From a virus: DNA of 64,000 nt. Both the position numbers and the translations under genes were made by a program. Numbering within the stretch: position 1 is the first letter of the stretch; every line of letters starts with the position of its first letter. Of this stretch, positions 58,291-63,880 are shown in pieces. The notes below the pieces were generated by a model. The model was not told where the DNA came from and searched no databases. It saw only the letters and a list, made by a program, of their open reading frames with translations. The stretch lies in the IMG/VR virus record IMGVR_UViG_3300050503_000029. One strand, 5' to 3'.

Positions 58291-58581
58291 ATGGCTGAGA
58301 GCATCAACCGGCTTACGAACGACGAGGCGCGCGAGGCGTTCGAGAACATGATCAACGTTCTCGGCTGCGAGGGTGCGGCGAGCATCGCGGAGAACTTCAT
58401 CGAGCGTGAGGCGGAGAAGGTCGCCGCTGACATCAAGGATCCTCAGAAGAGGAGGGCCGCTGAGCTGGTCGTCTTCCGGATCATCCTTGACAAGCTGGAG
58501 GCAGCGTATGCGGAAGAGCTTCACGTGAACGAGACCGGCGAACAGCCCCGCTACGACGCGGGTCCCGGCAACGTCGGCTGA
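58291..58581 (+). CDS. cassette 2 protein (96 aa), acidic helical
   Basis: ATG after CAGGGAGCGTCACG. Its leader TAACTCAACAGGGAGC is identical to the one before gene 19628. Confidence 0.6.
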   Translation: MAESINRLTNDEAREAFENMINVLGCEGAASIAENFIEREAEKVAADIKDPQKRRAAELVVFRIILDKLEAAYAEELHVNETGEQPRYDAGPGNVG

Positions 58582-58588
58582 CGAACAG

Positions 58589-58625
58589 AGAGGCCCCCTG
58601 TGTGTGACGGCACAGGCGGGCCTCT
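58589..58625 (+). terminator. cassette terminator
   Basis: AGAGGCCCCCTGTG-N8-CACAGGCGGGCCTCT with one bulge. Confidence 0.6.
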
Positions 58626-58645
58626 CGCGCGTTGCTGCGGACAGC

Positions 58646-58661
58646 GGATACCCGGCATACC
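58646..58661 (+). repeat. 16-bp quasi-palindrome GGATACCCGGCATACC (copy 1)
   Basis: Lies between the cassette terminator and the next promoter. Confidence 0.85.
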
Positions 58662-58712
58662 GGTGGTGTGGGTCAGGCTCTGAGACCGGCTCACAACGCC
58701 GGCGCGTCCTCC

Positions 58713-58741
58713 TTGACTCACGAGCCGGGCCCGTGTAGTCT
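58713..58741 (+). promoter_or_regulatory. cassette promoter TTGACT-N17-TAGTCT
   Basis: CTCCTTGACT context. Confidence 0.55.
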
Positions 58742-58782
58742 TTAGATGTGAGCCCGACAAGCGGGCCCCGAAGGGAGCGACA

Positions 58783-59034
58783 GTGGACGCCACTCAGAAG
58801 AAGATCGCCGAGATCATGGGGACGATCAACCTGGAAGAGCTGGCCCAGCAGATGGTCGACAAGATCTCCGCCGAGATCTGCGACCACGCCGACCTCATCG
58901 CGCTTGCGCGCATGGAGGAGAAGAAGATCAAGGACGCTGACAGCCACGACGCGCACAAGATCTACGACGCCGCCGAGGCCATGATCATCGCCGCCGTGCT
59001 CCGCCACATGACCAACATCAACGCCAAGAAGTGA
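58783..59034 (+). CDS. cassette 3 protein (83 aa), helical
   Basis: GTG after GAAGGGAGCGACA. Track ORF. Confidence 0.6.
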   Translation: MDATQKKIAEIMGTINLEELAQQMVDKISAEICDHADLIALARMEEKKIKDADSHDAHKIYDAAEAMIIAAVLRHMTNINAKK

Positions 59035-59047
59035 TCGGCCGCAAGTA

Positions 59048-59083
59048 GAGGGGGCCCCTGCTCACCCGAGGGGGGGCCTCCTC
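59048..59083 (+). terminator. cassette terminator
   Basis: GAGGGGGCCCC-N14-GGGGCCTCCTC followed by GTTTGGGTTT. Confidence 0.6.
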
Positions 59084-59104
59084 GTTTGGGTTTCACGTCC
59101 CGCC

Positions 59105-59134
59105 TTGCGCTGAGCGCGGAGCACGTGGTACGAT
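59105..59134 (+). promoter_or_regulatory. cassette promoter TTGCGC-N18-TACGAT
   Basis: CGCCTTGCGC context, followed by GACTATGTCAGCAAGCG. Confidence 0.5.
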
Positions 59135-59167
59135 GACTATGTCAGCAAGCGAACGAAGGAGCCCGAA

Positions 59168-59500
59168 GTGTACGAGATCGAGAACCCGAAGCGCGTGGAG
59201 ATCATCATCGCCACCGCGAAGATCGTGGGATTCCCCGTCACTGAACTGTCCGCCCTCGTGCTCGATGCCCTCGACGCCGACCACGACACCACGCTGTTCC
59301 CGATCTACAACGTCCTCCCCGACGCCGAGAACGCCGACCCGCGCGCGTTCATGATCTTCTTCCTCCACAACATGATCGGATCCGACGACGACCACGACTA
59401 CATCAGCCACGACCTCGACCACGCCACTCAGTCTCTCGACCCGTGCCCCGCTCACGCGACCGAGTGCGCCACGTGCTGTGAGCCCTGCCTGAACGACTGA
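59168..59500 (+). CDS. cassette 4 protein (110 aa), acidic, C-terminal Cys cluster
   Basis: GTG after GAAGGAGCCCGAA. Ends ...CPAHATECATCCEPCLND. Confidence 0.6.
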   Translation: MYEIENPKRVEIIIATAKIVGFPVTELSALVLDALDADHDTTLFPIYNVLPDAENADPRAFMIFFLHNMIGSDDDHDYISHDLDHATQSLDPCPAHATECATCCEPCLND

Positions 59501-59515
59501 CGCACCACACCAGCC

Positions 59516-59552
59516 GAGAGCGCGTCTCCTCACCCGAGGGGGCGCGCCCTCT
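59516..59552 (+). terminator. cassette terminator
   Basis: AGAGCGCGTCTCC-N8-GGGGGCGCGCCCTCT with a 2-nt bulge. Confidence 0.55.
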
Positions 59553-59599
59553 GGTGAGCGAAGGCCTGAGAGCGGCTGTGACAGCCGGCGACGGTCAGC

Positions 59600-59615
59600 G
59601 GATACCCGGGTATCG
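59600..59615 (+). repeat. 16-bp quasi-palindrome GGATACCCGGGTATCG (copy 2)
   Basis: 15 of 16 positions palindromic. Confidence 0.85.
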
Positions 59616-59667
59616 AGCGGGCAGCTAGCGCGGCTCAGATCGCCGTAGGATTCATCGGCGTGCCGCC

Positions 59668-59696
59668 TTGCATAGCGAGGGGAGAGCGGATAGACT
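59668..59696 (+). promoter_or_regulatory. cassette promoter TTGCAT-N17-TAGACT (class B leader CTTAC-TAC-GTAAG)
   Basis: CGCCTTGCAT context. The inverted repeat CTTAC/GTAAG at 59695..59707 overlaps the start region. Confidence 0.55.
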
Positions 59697-59737
59697 TACT
59701 ACGTAAGCAAGACAAGCCCGAGCGAGAGGCAAGATCC

Positions 59738-60031
59738 ATGACTGACCGCGCACCCCTCGACCACGCGAAGATCGCCGTCCGCGCCGCTGACATCGCCGCG
59801 CACCACCTGACCGCGTTCAACCCCGGCGACTTCCTCGACGCCCTTGAGATGTTCGGCAACAGCCTGACCCGCTTCGTCTGGGCGGCGATCGATGACAGCC
59901 GCGACGACGAGAAGCTGGACGACTACTTCACCGAGCTGTCCAGTGAAGAGTTCGCCGAGCGTTACGACGCCGTCGCCGAGATCCTGCTCACGATCTTCAC
60001 CGCGTTCCTCGCGCGACTGCCCCGCCGCTGA
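59738..60031 (+). CDS. cassette 5 protein (97 aa), acidic helical
   Basis: ATG 59738 after GAGAGGCAAG, inside track ORF 59660..60031. Confidence 0.6.
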   Translation: MTDRAPLDHAKIAVRAADIAAHHLTAFNPGDFLDALEMFGNSLTRFVWAAIDDSRDDEKLDDYFTELSSEEFAERYDAVAEILLTIFTAFLARLPRR

Positions 60032-60041
60032 CACCCTGACA

Positions 60042-60075
60042 GAGAGCGCCTCCTCTTCCGAGAGGGGGCGCCCTC
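60042..60075 (+). terminator. cassette terminator
   Basis: Preceded by CCTGACAGAGAG. Stem GAGAGCGCCTCCTCT-TCCG-AGAGGGGGCGCCCTC. Followed by GCATGG. Confidence 0.6.
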
Positions 60076-60102
60076 GCATGGGGAGCGCGGGGAATTTTGG
60101 AT

Positions 60103-60114
60103 GGCAACGTTGTC
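60103..60114. repeat. GGCAACGTTGTC palindromic motif abutting the -35
   Basis: Part of the conserved block TTTTGGATGGCAACGTTGTCAGGCCTTGC (compare 63036..63066). Confidence 0.75.
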
Positions 60115-60119
60115 AGGCC

Positions 60120-60148
60120 TTGCGCGGCACGACGCGGGGTGGTAAGCT
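60120..60148 (+). promoter_or_regulatory. cassette promoter TTGCGC-N17-TAAGCT (class B)
   Basis: The -10 is embedded in GGTAAGCTTACCTTGTAAGC. Confidence 0.55.
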
Positions 60149-60183
60149 TACCTTGTAAGCGAGAGAGCAGAGAGAGGGAGATC

Positions 60184-60405
60184 ATGGAGAAGCCCAGCCA
60201 CTTCGAGCGCAAGAACCCCGACGTGATCGGCAAGTTCATCAGCCTGACCGCCGAGCTCCTGTCCGCCGACATGACCCAGGCTGACTACGACAAGCTCCGC
60301 GAGATCGCCGGCATCCTGAACCCGGGCGGGGGAGCGTTCGGCTTCGTCGCTCGCCTGAACGGCGACGTGGAGCGTCTGCACCCCCACATCCAGCGCCGCG
60401 ACTGA
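60184..60405 (+). CDS. cassette 6 protein (73 aa)
   Basis: ATG 60184 after AGAGGGAGATC, inside track ORF 60097..60405. Confidence 0.6.
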   Translation: MEKPSHFERKNPDVIGKFISLTAELLSADMTQADYDKLREIAGILNPGGGAFGFVARLNGDVERLHPHIQRRD

Positions 60406-60417
60406 CCGCCCCTGACA

Positions 60418-60451
60418 GAGAGCCCGTCCTCACCTGAGAGGGCGGGTTCTC
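60418..60451 (+). terminator. cassette terminator
   Basis: Preceded by CCTGACA. 14-bp stem GAGAGCCCGTCCTC/GAGAGGGCGGGTTCTC. Followed by GCATGG. Confidence 0.65.
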
Positions 60452-60499
60452 GCATGGGCGCGGCCCTGAGAGCGCGCGAGACGAGGTGTGTGGGGCACA

Positions 60500-60515
60500 G
60501 GATACCCGGCATACC
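60500..60515 (+). repeat. 16-bp quasi-palindrome GGATACCCGGCATACC (copy 3)
   Basis: Identical to copy 1. Confidence 0.85.
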
Positions 60516-60587
60516 AGGCTCCGTCGCCGGCTCGCACGCGGCCGCTGAGAGCCTCCTAAGTTACTTGTCGGTAAGGCCCGTCTCGCC

Positions 60588-60616
60588 TTGACGCGGCTCC
60601 GCGTGGTTGGTAAGCT
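60588..60616 (+). promoter_or_regulatory. cassette promoter TTGACG-N17-TAAGCT (class B)
   Basis: CGCCTTGACG context. The -10 is embedded in GGTAAGCTTACTCCGTAAGC. The upstream block CTAAGTTACTTGTCGGTAAGG is shared with 61972..61990. Confidence 0.6.
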
Positions 60617-60655
60617 TACTCCGTAAGCACGAAACGCCGAGCAAGGAGAGATCAC

Positions 60656-60865
60656 GTGGGTATCCTCGACCGCTTCCGCCGCACTGCCGACTCGGGCGAC
60701 GGGCCGGGCGTTCCCGAGCCCGACCTGGGCCGCCCCTACGCGACCGTCCGTTACAAGAACGAGACGGGTGGGTACACCGAGGTTCAGGCGTACAGCGCCG
60801 TCCAGGCTGACGAGATCAAGGCCGATCACCCCGACGCGAAGATCACGCCGAAGCGCGGGCGCTGA
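60656..60865 (+). CDS. cassette 7 protein (69 aa)
   Basis: GTG after CAAGGAGAGATCAC. Track ORF. Confidence 0.55.
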   Translation: MGILDRFRRTADSGDGPGVPEPDLGRPYATVRYKNETGGYTEVQAYSAVQADEIKADHPDAKITPKRGR

Positions 60866-60874
60866 TCGGGTAGC

Positions 60875-60908
60875 AGGGGGCGAGTCGAGAAGTCATCGGC
60901 TCGCCCCT
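60875..60908 (+). terminator. cassette terminator overlapping the next -35
   Basis: AGGGGGCGAG-N15-CTCGCCCCT. The last stem base is the first T of TTGCGC. Confidence 0.55.
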
Positions 60909-60937
60909 TGCGCATGACGTCAGGCCCGTGGTAAGCT
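60908..60937 (+). promoter_or_regulatory. cassette promoter TTGCGC-N18-TAAGCT (class B)
   Basis: The -10 is embedded in GGTAAGCTTACTCCGTAAGC. Confidence 0.55.
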
Positions 60938-60975
60938 TACTCCGTAAGCAAGAACGACGACGAGAGGAACCGACC

Positions 60976-61110
60976 ATGATGAACCACCGCCAGCGCGACC
61001 CCGAGGGTCTGTGGGTGTTGCTCGCCGGCATGACCTTCATCGTGTTCCTGACCACCGGCGTGATCCTCGGCCCCGACGGGATCGCCGCCCTGTGGAACAT
61101 GATCTTCTGA
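60976..61110 (+). CDS. cassette 8 protein (44 aa), single-TM mini-protein
   Basis: ATG 60976 after GAGAGGAACCGACC. MMNHRQRDPEGLWVLLAGMTFIVFLTTGVILGPDGIAALWNMIF. Confidence 0.45.
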   Translation: MMNHRQRDPEGLWVLLAGMTFIVFLTTGVILGPDGIAALWNMIF

Positions 61111-61123
61111 TCCGCCGCTGACA

Positions 61124-61159
61124 GAGTGCCCCTGCCCTCGAAAGAGGGTGGGGGCGCTC
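61124..61159 (+). terminator. cassette terminator
   Basis: Preceded by GCTGACA. 16-bp stem GAGTGCCCCTGCCCTC-GAAA-GAGGGTGGGGGCGCTC. Confidence 0.6.
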
Positions 61160-61209
61160 GTATGGAGCGAGGCCCTGAGTCGTCCTGTGAGCCGGCGACG
61201 AGCCGCAGA

Positions 61210-61225
61210 GGATACCCGGGTATCC
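61210..61225 (+). repeat. 16-bp perfect palindrome GGATACCCGGGTATCC (copy 4)
   Basis: Fully self-complementary. Confidence 0.9.
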
Positions 61226-61299
61226 ACCGGCGGGGCTGACGGGCGCAGAGAGCCGCACAGGACTTTCTAAAGAATCTTGGAAGTCCCCCTCGTTTCGCC

Positions 61300-61328
61300 T
61301 TGACGGAGCGAGCGCGGTGCCGTAGTGT
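61300..61328 (+). promoter_or_regulatory. cassette promoter TTGACG-N17-TAGTGT
   Basis: CGCCTTGACGG context, followed by TATCCATGTCAGCACGACA. Confidence 0.65.
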
Positions 61329-61380
61329 TATCCATGTCAGCACGACAGAGCAACACAAACCCTGAGAGCGAGTGATTCAA

Positions 61381-61755
61381 ATGTCCGCCAAGAACTTCTC
61401 CCACGCCGCTTGCGACCACGCCTCCACCAAGGTCGCTCGTGCGAAGTGCCGCCGTGAGATGGCCCGCTCCATCGCCGCCCTCGTGAGCGTCGCCACCGTC
61501 GTCACCGAGTCCCCGATCATCACCGCGTGGAACTCGATGAAGACCGGCCCGCTGGAGCTGCTCCCCGCCCCCGTTCGCACCGACGTGACCGCCGAGAACT
61601 GGAGGGAGTTCAAGGGTCAGACCGTCTCCGTCGACCTGATCGGCGAGACCATCGAGGGTGAGATCACCGGGTGGAGCGCGAAGAACGTGCAGATCAAGAC
61701 CGACGGCAAGACCGTCCGCCACCCCGTCAGCATCGTGATCCGCGCGACCGTCTGA
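61381..61755 (+). CDS. cassette 9 protein (124 aa) with N-terminal H-x2-C-x-H-x9-C module
   Basis: ATG 61381 after GAGAGCGAGTGATTCAA. MSAKNFSHAACDHASTKVARAKCRRE... Confidence 0.6.
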   Translation: MSAKNFSHAACDHASTKVARAKCRREMARSIAALVSVATVVTESPIITAWNSMKTGPLELLPAPVRTDVTAENWREFKGQTVSVDLIGETIEGEITGWSAKNVQIKTDGKTVRHPVSIVIRATV

Positions 61756-61768
61756 TCCGACGCTGATA

Positions 61769-61809
61769 GAGAGCCCCTGAGAGACGCTGAGAGCGTCCCA
61801 GGGGCTCTC
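61769..61809 (+). terminator. cassette terminator
   Basis: Preceded by GCTGATA. 11-bp perfect outer stem GAGAGCCCCTG/CAGGGGCTCTC plus an inner GACGC/GCGTC stem. Followed by GCATGG. Confidence 0.65.
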
Positions 61810-61915
61810 GCATGGACGCGCCGGCACTCTCGTACACGCGAGACGTGCGAGGCGCTTAGAGGCGCGCACAGGGCCTCGGCTCTGTACGGCGCTCAGACGG
61901 AGGGTGTGGGACGCC

Positions 61916-61931
61916 GGATACCCGGCATACC
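61916..61931 (+). repeat. 16-bp quasi-palindrome GGATACCCGGCATACC (copy 5)
   Basis: Identical to copies 1 and 3. Confidence 0.85.
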
Positions 61932-62004
61932 TCCCCGCCTCACGCCGGCTCAGATCGCCGCCTGTGGCTTTCTAAGTTACTCGTGGGTAACCCCTCGATC
62001 TGCC

Positions 62005-62033
62005 TTGACGGCCCCGGGCTGGGCGCGTAGTGT
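62005..62033 (+). promoter_or_regulatory. cassette promoter TTGACG-N17-TAGTGT
   Basis: TGCCTTGACGG context, followed by TATCCATGTCAGCACGACA. Confidence 0.65.
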
Positions 62034-62073
62034 TATCCATGTCAGCACGACAACGACGACGAGGGAGCAAGCC

Positions 62074-62340
62074 ATGACGAAGACCACGACCTACACCGTC
62101 CGGATGATCATGGGGAACGACAAGTGCACCACTCAGACCACCGTCGAGAGCGACACCACCGAGAACGCGGCGCGTGAGGCGGAGATGAAGTGGACGGGGA
62201 TCACGGTTCGGATCGTCACCGTCGAGGGGCCCGACGGGTGTGACGTTGAGCTGTGCGAGGACGACGACCACTGGTGCACGACGGACGAGCGCCACGGGCA
62301 CCTGGAGAGCGACGGGACGTGCATGAACTGCCACTACTGA
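62074..62340 (+). CDS. cassette 10 protein (88 aa), Cys/His-rich
   Basis: ATG 62074 after GAGGGAGCAAGCC, inside track ORF 61906..62340. Ends ...HWCTTDERHGHLESDGTCMNCHY. Confidence 0.6.
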   Translation: MTKTTTYTVRMIMGNDKCTTQTTVESDTTENAAREAEMKWTGITVRIVTVEGPDGCDVELCEDDDHWCTTDERHGHLESDGTCMNCHY

Positions 62341-62361
62341 GAGAGGGAGAGAGACGCCGTT

Positions 62362-62392
62362 AGAGGGCCCTGAGCGTAGCTCAGGGCCTCTC
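62362..62392 (+). terminator. cassette terminator
   Basis: GAGGGCCCTGAGC-GTA-GCTCAGGGCCTC followed by TCGCATGG. Confidence 0.6.
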
Positions 62393-62471
62393 GCATGGAC
62401 GACCGGGCACTGAGAGACGCGCGCCGGCTGAGAGGCGCTTAGACGGGCGCACAGGAAGTTTCGGTCTCGCC

Positions 62472-62500
62472 TTGACGGAGCCGGCGGGACCGTGTAGTGT
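62472..62500 (+). promoter_or_regulatory. cassette promoter TTGACG-N17-TAGTGT
   Basis: CGCCTTGACGG context, followed by TCTTCTTGTCAGAACG. Confidence 0.65.
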
Positions 62501-62540
62501 TCTTCTTGTCAGAACGAAACGCCGAGCAAGGAGCCCGACC

Positions 62541-62882
62541 ATGAGCGAGATCATCGTCCGCGAGATGACCGACGTGACCCCCACTTGCGCCCTCTGCGGG
62601 TTCGTCATCGAGGACATCGACCTCTCCGAGGAGACTGCCCGAGGCCTGATCCACTTCGACCGCCAGTGCCCGAAGGGCGCCGAGAAGAAGGCCAAGCCGG
62701 CTCGCAAGATCGCCGCCGCGCCGAAGAAGTCCCCGGAGCGCGTCCTCGCCGAGGGTGCGGGAATCGTCGTCAAGGAGATGAAGATCGTGGGTGTCCGTGG
62801 CGCTCACGCCGAGTGCGACCACGCCGCGACCAAGAGCGCGCGTGCCGCGTGCCGCAAGGCGAAGGCTGCCGCCGCGAAGTGA
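62541..62882 (+). CDS. cassette 11 protein (113 aa) with C-terminal H-x2-C-x-H-x9-C module
   Basis: ATG 62541 after CAAGGAGCCCGACC. N-terminal CALC...CPKG, a lysine-rich linker, then C-terminal GAHAECDHAATKSARAACRKAKAAAAK. Confidence 0.6.
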   Translation: MSEIIVREMTDVTPTCALCGFVIEDIDLSEETARGLIHFDRQCPKGAEKKAKPARKIAAAPKKSPERVLAEGAGIVVKEMKIVGVRGAHAECDHAATKSARAACRKAKAAAAK

Positions 62883-62890
62883 CCAAGATC

Positions 62891-62926
62891 GAGAGCCCCT
62901 GCTCCCAGACGGGAGTGGGGGCCCTC
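62891..62926 (+). terminator. cassette terminator
   Basis: GAGAGCCCCTGCTCCC-AGAC-GGGAGTGGGGGCCCTC. Confidence 0.6.
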
Positions 62927-62974
62927 AGGTGGGCGAGGCTCTGAGAGCCCGCCTAAGAGCCTGTCGTGGGCCCA

Positions 62975-62990
62975 GGATACCCGGCATTCC
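62975..62990 (+). repeat. 16-bp quasi-palindrome GGATACCCGGCATTCC (copy 6)
   Basis: One substitution relative to copy 1. Confidence 0.8.
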
Positions 62991-63046
62991 ACCGAGGCGC
63001 TGCCGGCGTCAGAACGCCGTACAGGCCTCCCCAAGATTTTTTGGAT

Positions 63047-63058
63047 GACAACGTTGCC
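63047..63058. repeat. GACAACGTTGCC palindromic motif abutting the -35
   Basis: Part of TTTTGGATGACAACGTTGCCAGGCCTTGC. Confidence 0.75.
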
Positions 63059-63063
63059 AGGCC

Positions 63064-63092
63064 TTGCATCTGCCGTGGCACCCGTGTAATGT
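63064..63092 (+). promoter_or_regulatory. cassette promoter TTGCAT-N17-TAATGT
   Basis: Followed by TCTTCTTGTCAGCAAGACAACG. Confidence 0.6.
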
Positions 63093-63136
63093 TCTTCTTG
63101 TCAGCAAGACAACGACCCAGAGAGCGAGTGATCCAA

Positions 63137-63445
63137 ATGGCCGCCAAGAAGTGCAACTCTTGCAAGACCCGCCGCGCCTCCTCCGAGAACATGGCCGACC
63201 TTTGCAACCTGTGCTACGAATACGGCGCCTGGGAGAACCAGCACGAGGACGACAACCACGAGGGCGGCGAGAACCTGACCCCTGACTGCCTCGTCTGCCA
63301 CGGCACCGACCCCGCCACCGTCGAGCCGAAGGGTCACTCCAACGGGATCGCCAAGACCCACACCAGCCACGCTGAGTGCAGCCACCCGCGCACGAAGGCC
63401 GCGCGTGCGAAGTGCCGCAAGGAGCGCGCCCAGTCGGGCGAGTGA
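63137..63445 (+). CDS. cassette 12 protein (102 aa) with C-terminal H-x2-C-x-H-x9-C module
   Basis: ATG 63137 after GAGAGCGAGTGATCCAA, the same leader as cassette 9. CNSC...CNLC...CLVC, then SHAECSHPRTKAARAKCRKERAQSGE. Confidence 0.6.
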   Translation: MAAKKCNSCKTRRASSENMADLCNLCYEYGAWENQHEDDNHEGGENLTPDCLVCHGTDPATVEPKGHSNGIAKTHTSHAECSHPRTKAARAKCRKERAQSGE

Positions 63446-63455
63446 ATCCCCAGTA

Positions 63456-63486
63456 GAGGAGCCCCCGCGTGAGCGGGGGTTTCCTC
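63456..63486 (+). terminator. cassette terminator
   Basis: GAGGAGCCCCCGC-GTGA-GCGGGGGTTTCCTC followed by GTTTGGG. Confidence 0.6.
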
Positions 63487-63497
63487 GTTTGGGACGT

Positions 63498-63509
63498 GGC
63501 AACGTTGCC
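63498..63509. repeat. GGCAACGTTGCC perfect 12-bp palindrome
   Basis: Directly after the terminator. Fully self-complementary. Confidence 0.75.
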
Positions 63510-63556
63510 ATTCCGCGAGGCTCTGAGCGGCCGTCTAAGCGCCTCTGTGGGACCTT

Positions 63557-63572
63557 GGTATGCCGGGTATCC
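63557..63572 (-). repeat. 16-bp quasi-palindrome, inverted orientation (GGTATGCCGGGTATCC; copy 7)
   Basis: Exact reverse complement of GGATACCCGGCATACC. Confidence 0.85.
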
Positions 63573-63731
63573 ACCCCGGACACTGAGGCCGTCAGAGAGC
63601 CGCGCCGGCTAGAGCGTGTCAAGTGCGCGCGACGAGAGAGACGAGGAACGCCCCAGACGGCGCTCAGGCGTGTCTCTGACGTCCTGTGACGTGTCGCCGG
63701 CACGAGAGACTAGAGGCGCGTGTCGAGGCGC

Positions 63732-63753
63732 CCTAGCGAGCGCACAGAGCTTC
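63732..63753 (-). repeat. copy 3 (reverse strand) of the GAAGCTCTGTGCGCTCG element
   Basis: The reverse strand reads GAAGCTCTGTGCGCTCGCTAGG. The first 17 nt are identical to 689..705. Confidence 0.75.
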
Positions 63754-63809
63754 TTTGTACCGCGGATTGTACTGACCTAAAAAATCTTGGTCGTGACGGC
63801 TATCTCGCC

Positions 63810-63838
63810 TTGACGGCCGACGACGACCCGGGTAATGT
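63810..63838 (+). promoter_or_regulatory. cassette promoter TTGACG-N17-TAATGT
   Basis: CGCCTTGACGG context, followed by TCTTCCTGTCAGCACAACG. Confidence 0.65.
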
Positions 63839-63880
63839 TCTTCCTGTCAGCACAACGCAGCAACCGAGGGAGACACCGAG

